This document shows, piece by piece, positions 6,717 to 15,073 of a stretch of 19,160 nt of DNA (its first letter is position 1; each line of letters starts with the position of its first letter). Source of the stretch: Armatimonadota bacterium. GTDB lineage: Bacteria > Armatimonadota > UBA10988. Below the pieces are notes generated by a model, which made no database searches, was not told the origin of the DNA, and saw nothing but the letters and a program-made list of their open reading frames with translations. The stretch covers positions 1 through 19,160 of the forward strand of contig JACRKZ010000143.1 in the NCBI GenBank assembly GCA_016235455.1. Direction: 5' to 3'. A program made the position numbers and the translations under genes.

Positions 6717-8495
6717 CTACGCGCGGCTCAGCGTGCAGCTCACCGCCGAAACGCCGTCGCCGTCCATGACCAGCGGCACGGCCTCGAATCCGCCCACCGG
6801 GCTGAACACGCGACTGCGCTTCGAGGGCTGCCGCGCGATGGGTACGTTGGCCTCGATGACCAGCGTGCCGCCGGGCTTGTCGATCTCGACGCGGGTTGGT
6901 GACACGACCCGCAGCGCCTCGCCACTGGGCGAGACGATGGGCAGCACCAGCGCCCACTCCACGGCGCGGAGGCTGCTCGGCCGAGCGGTCACCGTGAAGC
7001 GGTCGCGGCCCAGCCGGTAGCTCAGGCACACGCTCACCGCGCCGCCCGCCGGCGGCTGCTCCTGGGCGTCGACCAGCAGCGCATCGGCCTGAAGCTCGAC
7101 ACCGTCGGGGTGCTGTGCACTGCGCAGCGCCGAGGTCAGGCTGTGCAGGTTGGTGTACCAGCCGTCCTCGCCCAGCAGTTCGACTCGTGGCGTGAGGCAA
7201 ATGTCTTCGCCGTCTGGGTTGGGCTGCATGTTGTGCGCTTCCACCAGCGTGTAGCGGGCCAGGCTCGCGGCGGTGATCAGGCCCAGTTCCTGATGCCACA
7301 GCAGCGACAGCGCGCCACCCGTGGCGTGATGGACGCCCTGCCGATAGAGCCAGTCGTAGCCGGTCACCGTGGCCCGCCATGGACCGAATGCGGCGGTCAT
7401 GGTGGCGATGTCCGGGTAGGCCACCACGCCGCTGGTATGCTCGCGCCAGAGCGTCCGCGCCAGGTCGAACTCGATGGGCTCGTCGGCGAAGCGGAGCGCC
7501 TCGGCCAGCGCTTTGGCGTGGCAGAACGTGTGGTGGACGCACGGCGGCGCGCCGGCGCTGGCCAGGTGCGGCCCACCGTGCAGCAGACCATCATGCGTGC
7601 AGGCGCGCAGCAGCCGCAAGTTCCGCCAGGCCGCCGTGGCGAAGAGCGGCCGCCTGGCGGCCAGCTGCAGCAGCGCCGGCTGACAGCCGTCGGAGGTGCG
7701 GCTGCCCCAGTAGCTCCACTTGTAGTTGCGCGTGCCCCAGGAGTTGTCCCAACCGCCGTCGGGCAGCATGAAGCCCATGTGCGCGGCGAGCGAGTCGGCG
7801 GCCACTTCGTGGACACGCTCGTCGCCGGTCAGGCGGGCATAGCTGAGCAGCGCCGGCAGCGACTCCTCGACGTTGTAGCCGAGGTCGACCGGGTAGCAGC
7901 CCTTGGTGCTGCGTGTGCCCGAGGGTCGGCCTTCGCCGTGAAGCAGCTGGTTGGCGGGTGTGAAGAAGGCCAGCACCCCGTGCGCCAGCTCGCGCCCACG
8001 CGCGGCGAAGGCCGGCTCATCAAGCAGGCGGCCCAGCAGAGCCAGGCCGTAGCTACCGGCGGCGGCGTAGTTGATGTTGCCGTATTCGGTGTCGAACGTG
8101 GCGGCAACAAACTCGCCGGCGCGCCGCAGCCGCGCCCGCCAGGCGGCGCGCGTGGCCTCGTCGAGCAGGTGGCCATGCCACTCCAGCGCGTGGGCGAAGG
8201 CGATCGCGCCGAACACAGTGGTGCCCTTCCACGAGCCAGGATCGAGCTCGTTGGTCCAGGCACCGTCGGGCGCGTCGACGTGGCGGGTCCAGCCGGCCAC
8301 GGCCAGTGCGGCCTGCCGGTAGCGCTCCTCGCCCGAGCGCTCGGCCATGGTCAGCAGCGGCAGCACGGCATCGCCGCAGCGTCCGTGCAGGAGGCCGCAG
8401 GCGGGACAGTCAAAGGCGCCGTCCGGCGTCTGCCGGCGCAGCAGCCCGTCGCACCAGTCGCGCAGCAGCGCCTCGGTCTCGTCGAAGAAGCCCAT
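6717..8495 (-). CDS. Uncharacterised probable carbohydrate-active enzyme (predicted alpha/alpha barrel + beta-sandwich), no signal peptide
   Basis: Long ORF with typical codon bias. Motif-like blocks: CPACGLLHGRCGDA, GNINY, DLGYNVEESL, GGWDNSWGTRNYKWSYWGSRTSDGC, HHTFCHAK, HATGGALS. Start moved to ATG 8495. Fold and function are inferred from the helical N-terminus, beta-rich C-terminus and gene neighbourhood. Confidence 0.75.
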   Translation of the reverse strand: MGFFDETEALLRDWCDGLLRRQTPDGAFDCPACGLLHGRCGDAVLPLLTMAERSGEERYRQAALAVAGWTRHVDAPDGAWTNELDPGSWKGTTVFGAIAFAHALEWHGHLLDEATRAAWRARLRRAGEFVAATFDTEYGNINYAAAGSYGLALLGRLLDEPAFAARGRELAHGVLAFFTPANQLLHGEGRPSGTRSTKGCYPVDLGYNVEESLPALLSYARLTGDERVHEVAADSLAAHMGFMLPDGGWDNSWGTRNYKWSYWGSRTSDGCQPALLQLAARRPLFATAAWRNLRLLRACTHDGLLHGGPHLASAGAPPCVHHTFCHAKALAEALRFADEPIEFDLARTLWREHTSGVVAYPDIATMTAAFGPWRATVTGYDWLYRQGVHHATGGALSLLWHQELGLITAASLARYTLVEAHNMQPNPDGEDICLTPRVELLGEDGWYTNLHSLTSALRSAQHPDGVELQADALLVDAQEQPPAGGAVSVCLSYRLGRDRFTVTARPSSLRAVEWALVLPIVSPSGEALRVVSPTRVEIDKPGGTLVIEANVPIARQPSKRSRVFSPVGGFEAVPLVMDGDGVSAVSCTLSRA

Positions 8496-8510
8496 GCCAC
8501 CATCGTAGCA
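8496..8510 (-). promoter_or_regulatory. Extended -10 (TGC-TACGAT) 6 nt before the ATG: probable leaderless promoter
   Basis: Minus strand reads TGCTACGAT GGTGGC ATG, which would put the start site on or next to the A of the ATG. Confidence 0.5.
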
Positions 8511-8532
8511 CGCCGACGAGGCGCCCATGGGC

Positions 8533-8561
8533 TTGCCGCCGCACGCCGCGTGTGGCATCGT
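8533..8561 (+). promoter_or_regulatory. Possible promoter of the GH106 gene (TTGCCG-17 bp-CATCGT with TGTG extension)
   Basis: TTGCCG at 8533-8538, a 17-bp spacer ending TGTGG, CATCGT at 8556-8561, then a GAGGG ribosome site before ATG 8585. The -10 is non-consensus. Confidence 0.35.
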
Positions 8562-8584
8562 AACACCAGCCCCGAGGGACAACC

Positions 8585-11500
8585 ATGCCGCTGCACCTGC
8601 TGCTCGCGCTGCTCACCGCCATCGGCCAACCGACCGTGGACCTGCCGCGTGACTTCGTCAGCCCGCCGGACGCGTCGCGGCCGGGCGTGTACTGGTACTT
8701 CATGGACGGCAACCTGAACCGCGAGGGCATGACCCGCGACCTGGAGTCGATGAAGGCCGCCGGGCTGGGCCATGTGCTGTTCCTGGAGGTCAATGTCGGC
8801 GTGCCGCGCGGGCCGGTACACTTCCTCAGCGAGCCCTGGCAGGAGCTGTTCGTCCATGCCGTGCGCGAGTGCGAGCGGCTGGGCCTCGAGCTGATGCTCG
8901 GCACCGGGCCGGGCTGGGCCGGCAGCGGCGGGCCGTGGGTCAAGCCCGAGCAGTCCATGCAGCACCTGGTGGCCAGCCGCGTCGATGTCACCGGGCCCGC
9001 CGCGTTCGCCGAGAAGCTGCCCGTGCCGCCGCCGCGCCGACCGTTCTTTGGCGATGTGCCCGGCGAGCTGCACGCCGCCTGGTCGGGCTATGCCAAGGAT
9101 GTCTGCGTACTGGCCTACCCCACGCCGGCCGCCGGACCGGGGCTGCCGGACAGCGACGACAAGGCGCTCTACTACCGCGCGCCATTCTCCTCGCAGCCGG
9201 GCGTGAAGCCGTACCTGGCCACCTCGGCCGACTGGCCCGCCACGCCGCCAGGCACGGCGGTGGACCCCGGACAAGTGCTCGATCTGACCGCGCACCTGCG
9301 GCCCGACGGCTCGCTCGACTGGCAGGTGCCCGCGGGCCGCTGGACAGTGCTGCGCTTCGTCGCCCGCAATAACGGCGCCAGCACGCGCCCAGCGCCGGCG
9401 CCGGGCGTGGGGCTGGAGTGCGACAAGCTCGACGAGGCGGCGCTCGACGCGCACTGGGCGCAGTATGTGGGCAAGTTGCTTGATAAGGTCGGCCCGCGGC
9501 CGGCCGGCCGCGGCTGGACCGATCTGCACAGTGACTCCTGGGAGATGGGCGCGCAGAACTGGACCCCTCTGTGGCGCGAGGAGTTCCGCCGCCGCCGCGG
9601 CTACGACCCGCAGCCGTTCTATCCCGCCTACCTGGGCCAAGTCGTAGGCACCCGCGAGCAGACCGAACGATTCCTGTGGGACCTGCGCCAGACGGCCAGT
9701 GAGATGGTCGTCGCGCACCACGCCGAGCGGCTCAAGACGCTCGGCCGGCAGCGCGGACTGAACCTGTCCATCGAGCCGTACGACATGAACCCGAGTTGCG
9801 ACTTCGACCTGGGCGCCGTGGCCGACCTGCCCATGGCCGAGTTTTGGAGCCAGGGCTTCGACACGTCGTTCGCCGTGGTCGAGGCCAGTTCCATCGCCCA
9901 TGTCATGGGCCGGCCGGTGGTCGGCGCCGAGTCCTTCACCGCCGCGGGCGAGGACTGGCGCTTCCATCCGGGCACGCTCAAGGACCAGGGCGACTGGGCG
10001 CTGGCCGCGGGCATCAACCGCTTCACCTTCCACACCTTCGCCCACAAGCCCGACGAGACGTTGCCGGGCATGACCATGGGCCCGTATGGTGTCCATTGGG
10101 ACCGCACGCAGACCTGGTGGCCCATGGCCGACGCCTACCACCGCTACCTGACGCGCTGCGGCTACCTGCTGCGCCAGGGCCGCACCGTGGCTGACGTGCT
10201 GTACCTCATTCCCGAGGGCGCGCCGAACGTCTTCCAGCCGCCGCTCACCGCCTTTGAAGCGGGTGACGGCCGGCCCGAGCGGCGTGGCTACAACTTCGAC
10301 GGCTGCTCGGCGACCGCGCTGCTCAAGCTGGCGAGCGTGCGCGACGGGCAGGTGGTCTTCCCCAGCGGCGCGAGCTACCGGCTCCTGGTGCTGCCCGAGG
10401 TGGACACCATGACCCCCGAGCTGCTGGCCAAGCTCGACGAGCTGACCCGGGCCGGCGCCACGCTGGTCGGCGGGCCACCACGCAAGTCCCCCAGCCTCTC
10501 GGGCTACCCCAACTGTGATGCGCTGGTGGCCGATGGCGCGAAGCGCCTGTGGGGCGACGGCCCACGGCCGGCCACGCTGACCGGCCGCAAGGTGGGCAGC
10601 GGCCGCGTGGTCTGGGGCGGTGCGTCGACCGGCTCGGCGCTGGCCGACGCTCGCTGGATCTGGTACCCCATCGGCGAGCCTGCGCAGTCGGCGCCGGTGG
10701 GCTTCATGCAGTTCCGCCGGCCGCTGCAGGTGGCGGGCAAGGTCGTCGCCGCGCAGCTCGAGATGACCGGCGACAACGGCTTCCAGGCGTCGATCAACGG
10801 CAAGCAGGTGGTCGCGGGCCGTGATTTCCATGTCGTTTATCGCGCCGACGTGACCGCCGCGCTCCGGACCGGCGCCAATGAGCTGACGGTGCGCATCGAG
10901 AACGAGGGCACGGCGCCCAACCCCGCCGGCCTGCTCGCGGCGCTGCGGCTGACGCTGGCCGACGGCAGCCAGCAGACCGTCGTCACCGACGGTGCCTGGC
11001 AGGCCTCGCCCGACGCCACGGACTGGAAGGCGGCTAAGGTGCTCGGCCCGCTGGGCATGGCGCCGTGGGGCCAGCAGGTCTCGCCCAGCCTCTACCCCGA
11101 CTACGCCGCCACCGCCGCGCTGCTGGCCGAACGCCGCATCGCCCCCGACTTCGCCGCGGCCAAGCGGCTGCGCTACACGCACCGCACCACGCCCGACCGC
11201 GAGTTGTACTTCGTGGGCAACCCGACCGGCGAACAGGTCGCCACCACCGCCACCTTCCGCGTGGCCGGCCGCGCGCCGGAGCTATGGGACCCGCTGACCG
11301 GCGACATGCGCCGCCTGCCCGAGTACAAGACCGCCGACGGCCTGACCACGCTGCCGCTGACGCTGGCGCCGCACGGCAGTTGCTTCGTGGTCTTCCCACG
11401 CGGCGGCGTGCTCGCCGCGCCGCGCGCCGCGGCCCGCGCCAACTATGTCGAGCCCCGGCCCATCGCCACGCTCGACGGCCCCTGGCAGGTGCACTTCGAC

Positions 11501-11932
11501 CCGGCGCTGGGCGGGCCGACCGTGGCGCGCTTTGACCAACTCGTCGACTGGACCACGCGACCCGAGCCGGGCATCCGCTACTACTCGGGCATCGCCACCT
11601 ACCGCCGCGACTTCGACCGCCCGGCCGGCGCCAAGGTGCTGCTCGACCTGGGCACGGTGCAGGTCATGGCTCGGGTGCGGGTCAATGGCAAGGACTGCGG
11701 CACGCTATGGTGCGCGCCGTGGCAGGTGGACATCACCAGCGCCCTGCGCGACGGCGCGAACACGCTGGAGGTCGACGTGGCCAACCTCTGGCCGAACCGC
11801 CTGATCGGCGACGCCAAGGACCCAGCGCACGCCTTCACCAAGACCACGCACCAGCCGTACCGCGCGGACTACCCGCTGCTGCCGTCGGGGCTGGTGGGGC
11901 CGGTGCGGGTGATGGCGGTGGGTGGCCCGTAG
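8585..11932 (+). CDS. GH106 family alpha-L-rhamnosidase-like glycoside hydrolase with an inserted beta-sandwich domain
   Basis: RPGVYWYFMDGN...DLESMKAAG, GPGWAGSGGPWV, GLECDKL, HSDSWEMG, FLWDLRQT, PMAEFW, ASSIAHVMG...GAESFT, GINRFTFH, ELWDP, LDLG...RVRVNG, VANLWPNRLIGD, SGLVGPV. The N-terminus is hydrophobic. Confidence 0.9.
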   Translation: MPLHLLLALLTAIGQPTVDLPRDFVSPPDASRPGVYWYFMDGNLNREGMTRDLESMKAAGLGHVLFLEVNVGVPRGPVHFLSEPWQELFVHAVRECERLGLELMLGTGPGWAGSGGPWVKPEQSMQHLVASRVDVTGPAAFAEKLPVPPPRRPFFGDVPGELHAAWSGYAKDVCVLAYPTPAAGPGLPDSDDKALYYRAPFSSQPGVKPYLATSADWPATPPGTAVDPGQVLDLTAHLRPDGSLDWQVPAGRWTVLRFVARNNGASTRPAPAPGVGLECDKLDEAALDAHWAQYVGKLLDKVGPRPAGRGWTDLHSDSWEMGAQNWTPLWREEFRRRRGYDPQPFYPAYLGQVVGTREQTERFLWDLRQTASEMVVAHHAERLKTLGRQRGLNLSIEPYDMNPSCDFDLGAVADLPMAEFWSQGFDTSFAVVEASSIAHVMGRPVVGAESFTAAGEDWRFHPGTLKDQGDWALAAGINRFTFHTFAHKPDETLPGMTMGPYGVHWDRTQTWWPMADAYHRYLTRCGYLLRQGRTVADVLYLIPEGAPNVFQPPLTAFEAGDGRPERRGYNFDGCSATALLKLASVRDGQVVFPSGASYRLLVLPEVDTMTPELLAKLDELTRAGATLVGGPPRKSPSLSGYPNCDALVADGAKRLWGDGPRPATLTGRKVGSGRVVWGGASTGSALADARWIWYPIGEPAQSAPVGFMQFRRPLQVAGKVVAAQLEMTGDNGFQASINGKQVVAGRDFHVVYRADVTAALRTGANELTVRIENEGTAPNPAGLLAALRLTLADGSQQTVVTDGAWQASPDATDWKAAKVLGPLGMAPWGQQVSPSLYPDYAATAALLAERRIAPDFAAAKRLRYTHRTTPDRELYFVGNPTGEQVATTATFRVAGRAPELWDPLTGDMRRLPEYKTADGLTTLPLTLAPHGSCFVVFPRGGVLAAPRAAARANYVEPRPIATLDGPWQVHFDPALGGPTVARFDQLVDWTTRPEPGIRYYSGIATYRRDFDRPAGAKVLLDLGTVQVMARVRVNGKDCGTLWCAPWQVDITSALRDGANTLEVDVANLWPNRLIGDAKDPAHAFTKTTHQPYRADYPLLPSGLVGPVRVMAVGGP

Positions 11933-11946
11933 CCTCGGCGCCGGCA

Positions 11947-11999
11947 TTGAACGCGGCCTGCCGTTGTGCTAATGTTACGCCCGTCCGTGAGCGGGGAGG
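11947..11999 (+). promoter_or_regulatory. Sigma70-type promoter and ribosome binding site for the HD-Hsp90 gene
   Basis: TTGAAC (11947-11952), exactly 17 bp ending TGTGC, then TAATGT (11970-11975). GGAGG at 11995-11999 lies 6 nt before GTG 12006. Confidence 0.7.
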
Positions 12000-12005
12000 T
12001 GGGCC

Positions 12006-14933
12006 GTGGGTCAATACGACGCGATCATCTGCGAGACGGAGCTGTTCTGCCAGTTTGATCGGCTCACTGGGCCGCGGACGGTGCCGGCCGCCGACCTGAT
12101 CCACCTCAAGAACGTCGTACTGAGCACCGCCGCCGCCATCGGCCCGCACCTGAGCGACATCCGGCTGACCTTCCCACAGTACACTGACCACGGCATCCAG
12201 CACCTGTGCAACGTGGCCGACAAGATCCATCGCTTCCTGCCGAAGCAGCCGGACGGCGGCTTGTGGCTCAACGCGGTTGAGCTGTCCTGCCTGTGGCTCG
12301 GGATCCTGCTGCACGATATCGGCATGTACGTAACGCCGGCGGAGAAGCAGGCGACGCTCAACTCGCCCGAGTACCAGAGCTACGCCGCGCGCGACCGAGA
12401 CCGCGCCGCCGCCGCCAGCAAGGCGCGAGCCGACGGCAAGGAGCTGACCGCCCGCGCGATCGAGGACGCGCAGCTGGCCGAGTACTACCGGCGGCTCCAC
12501 CCTGATCGCGTGCAGCACTACCTCGATGCCCATGCCGACTTGGCGACGACGCTGCAGTACAAGCAGGTGCGGTTCGCCGGTGAGGTGGTGCGGCTGTGCG
12601 AGAGCCACGGCTGGGGCGTCCGCGAATCGAATGACCCGCGCGACGGAGATCGGTGCGTAGCCAAGCTGCCTACCAACCGCCGCATCGACAACATGCGGGT
12701 CAACCTCCAGTACCTGGCCTGCTGTCTGCGGCTCGGCGACATCGTCGACTTCGACCAGTCGCGCACACCGCTGGCCGTCTACGAAGACATCGACTTCACC
12801 GAGGAGCAGTCGGTCCTCGAATGGAACAAGCACCTCAGCGTCAGTGGCTGGGACGTGGATGAGCATCGCGTCATGTACGACGTGCCCTGCACCAAGCCGT
12901 CGTACTACGTCGCTGTCAACGAGTTCCTGGACTGGGTCGACCACGAACTACGCGAGTGTCGCTACCTGCTCGATGCCGCACCTCGCGGTGATGAGGAGGC
13001 CTACGCGCTACGACTGGCGCACATCGTGGACCGCCGCGAGGTCCGCATGGCGGACCCGCGCTATGTTGCGGGCGGCTTTCGCTTCCAACTGGAATACGAC
13101 GAGATCCTCCGGCTCCTGATGGACAAGAGCCTGTATCCGGACGACACGCTGTTCCTGCGCGAGCTGCTCCAGAACTCGCTCGACGCCTGCCGCTACCAGA
13201 AGGCGCTGGCCGACGAGGCCGGCATGGGCGACAAGTACATCCCGCGCATCGAGGTCTGGGACCACAGCGATGACCCAACTGACCGGCGTGTGGTGTTCCA
13301 GGACAACGGCATCGGCATGTCGCAGCGGCAGGTGGAGAACTACTTTCTGCGTGTGGGCAAGAGCTTCTACAAGTCGCCCGAGTTCGAAATGGAGAGGCAG
13401 AGGCTAGCCGGCCGCGGCATACATCTCGATGCCTGCTCTCAGTTCGGCATTGGGTTTCTCTCATGCTTCCTCGGGGGCGACAAAATCGAGGTGGAGACAC
13501 GACGGCATGACTGCGATACGCTACGGGTGACGATCACGGGCCCAGGCAAGTTCTTCCTGATCGAGCGAGCAGCAGGCCAGCAGCACGCCGTACCGTTCTT
13601 GTCGCCGGCCGACCCAGCAGCGGACGGGCCGGCGCTACATGCCGGCACAAGGGTGACGGTCCATCTCCGGCAGGCGCCCAAGAGCCGGATCGGCTGGGTC
13701 GCACACACAATCAGTCGGTTCGCAGCAAACCAAGACATACCGATCATCGTCTTGTCTGGCAGGCGCCGCACTCCGAAGAACATACCCGTCGGGCGCTGGG
13801 ACCGGTTGGCCAAGCCAGAACCAGAGGTAGCCCATGGCTCGTGGGTACGTCCCTGCTTGGCACCATCGTTGGTGCGCCTCGATCGGCATTGTGACTGGCT
13901 GCGCGGCAGCGCCGCGGTATGGCTGCTGGAGCGGAATGGTGTGCCGTGGCCGACGGCCGGTGACATCGTCGCTCGTGGCGACGGCCGCTACTGCGTCGCC
14001 CCAGCAGTCCGGCTATGGGCGCAGACGGCGCGCGGCAGACCCGATGGAGGCCCTGAATGCGGGCACGCCCTGCTGCGGATCCTGATCGACCAGGTTCCCG
14101 CCGCGGAGGTAGCCACCGGTCTGGGCGACGAGGTCAGCCAGGCGCAACGTGCCCTCCTGTGCTCCGCGGAGAAGACTGAGGGACCGGACAGGCTATGGCT
14201 GGCCGAGGCTACCGCAGAGTATGTCAGAGACCCTGACTCGTGGCGACGCGCGGGCGTGGACCCGCAGCGGCCGATGGTGGCGGCCTTGCGCGATGGCGAC
14301 AGGGAGGCCATCCTGTCGGCGTGCCGCGCATGCGGGGTGCCGACATTTGAGGCCGCACGGCTCTCCAGTCGATTTGAATGTGCCCTACACGGGATACGCA
14401 TACCGTCGGGTGTCTTGGAGTGGGATGCGGCGGGCCTCAGCACTCCCGCAGCTGGCTCCTTGCCCAACGGCGTAACGGCCTATGTTGATGCAGTCGGACC
14501 AAGTGCACCCAAACCCAGTAGCAACAGGCTCTTCGTGCCATACGACCAGAGCCATCAGCTCCGATTCGAAGCTGGTAAGGCGGTAGTGCGGCATGTCAGC
14601 GCGCTGGCCAGACAGCATGCGGGTGACCCGGCGTGGGATTCGTGGGCTGAGTGCCTTGTCAATGACCTGAAGGCCACCGCCCCGGCCGCGTTTGCGGAGC
14701 TGGCAGCGATCGAGCCCTGGATACGCATGGACTGCATGGTCGGTGGGGTGTACCGGCGACTGGACATCAAGTCGTTCTGTGAGACCTTTGGCGCCACCGC
14801 AGCAAAGGGTGGGAAGGCTGACACGCGCATCCTCAGTGACCATTGGCTTCTTGGCTGCCTGCCGCGCCGGAGAGACAGAAGCGGCGCATCGGTTGTTGAC
14901 CTGCAGCCGCTACGCGAGCGCCTAACTCAGTGA
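12006..14933 (+). CDS. HD-domain phosphohydrolase (HD-CE-like) fused to an Hsp90/GHKL ATPase with a divergent C-terminal region; putative conflict/defence protein
   Basis: HD motifs: FPQYTDHGIQH, LLHDIGM, RRLH, CESHG, LRLGDIVDFDQSR, EWNKH. GHKL motifs: LY...FLRELLQNSLDAC, FQDNGIGM, FLRVGKSFY, SQFGIGFLSCF, GTRV. A later LHGIRIP...D-x2-G-x3-P-x4-R block resembles the Hsp90 middle domain. Confidence 0.88.
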   Translation: MGQYDAIICETELFCQFDRLTGPRTVPAADLIHLKNVVLSTAAAIGPHLSDIRLTFPQYTDHGIQHLCNVADKIHRFLPKQPDGGLWLNAVELSCLWLGILLHDIGMYVTPAEKQATLNSPEYQSYAARDRDRAAAASKARADGKELTARAIEDAQLAEYYRRLHPDRVQHYLDAHADLATTLQYKQVRFAGEVVRLCESHGWGVRESNDPRDGDRCVAKLPTNRRIDNMRVNLQYLACCLRLGDIVDFDQSRTPLAVYEDIDFTEEQSVLEWNKHLSVSGWDVDEHRVMYDVPCTKPSYYVAVNEFLDWVDHELRECRYLLDAAPRGDEEAYALRLAHIVDRREVRMADPRYVAGGFRFQLEYDEILRLLMDKSLYPDDTLFLRELLQNSLDACRYQKALADEAGMGDKYIPRIEVWDHSDDPTDRRVVFQDNGIGMSQRQVENYFLRVGKSFYKSPEFEMERQRLAGRGIHLDACSQFGIGFLSCFLGGDKIEVETRRHDCDTLRVTITGPGKFFLIERAAGQQHAVPFLSPADPAADGPALHAGTRVTVHLRQAPKSRIGWVAHTISRFAANQDIPIIVLSGRRRTPKNIPVGRWDRLAKPEPEVAHGSWVRPCLAPSLVRLDRHCDWLRGSAAVWLLERNGVPWPTAGDIVARGDGRYCVAPAVRLWAQTARGRPDGGPECGHALLRILIDQVPAAEVATGLGDEVSQAQRALLCSAEKTEGPDRLWLAEATAEYVRDPDSWRRAGVDPQRPMVAALRDGDREAILSACRACGVPTFEAARLSSRFECALHGIRIPSGVLEWDAAGLSTPAAGSLPNGVTAYVDAVGPSAPKPSSNRLFVPYDQSHQLRFEAGKAVVRHVSALARQHAGDPAWDSWAECLVNDLKATAPAAFAELAAIEPWIRMDCMVGGVYRRLDIKSFCETFGATAAKGGKADTRILSDHWLLGCLPRRRDRSGASVVDLQPLRERLTQ

Positions 14934-14963
14934 GCGAGCGCTACTATGCGATGGGGCAGCATG

Positions 14964-15017
14964 CGGCGCCTCTGGCCTCGGCGTGTGCGCTACGCACACA
15001 GATGCCAGAGCGCGCCG
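14964..15017. terminator. Nested GC-rich hairpin between convergent genes (possible terminator or REP-like element)
   Basis: CGGCGC/GCGCCG (14964-14969 / 15012-15017), CTCTGGC/GCCAGAG (14970-14976 / 15004-15010) and GTGTGCG-CTA-CGCACAC (14983-14999). There is no U-tract on either side. Confidence 0.45.
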
Positions 15018-15073
15018 TCGCCCGGCCGCGCCGCAACACCCCAGGCTCGCCGAAGCCGCTCGTCGCCGCCCTA

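Noticed and set aside
7110-11182. ORFs 7110-8717 (+) and 8351-11182 (-)
   Set aside because: Shadows of the uncharacterised enzyme and GH106 genes, with no recognisable domains.
12006-14933. Calling the gene htpG or a histidine kinase
   Set aside because: It has a ~350-aa N-terminal HD domain, no HtpG-like C-terminal conservation, and no H-box dimerisation domain.
11932-14983. 9-bp direct repeat GCCTCGGCG on both sides of the HD-Hsp90 gene as a target-site duplication
   Set aside because: The same 9-mer occurs several other times in the window, and no transposase, integrase or terminal inverted repeats are present.
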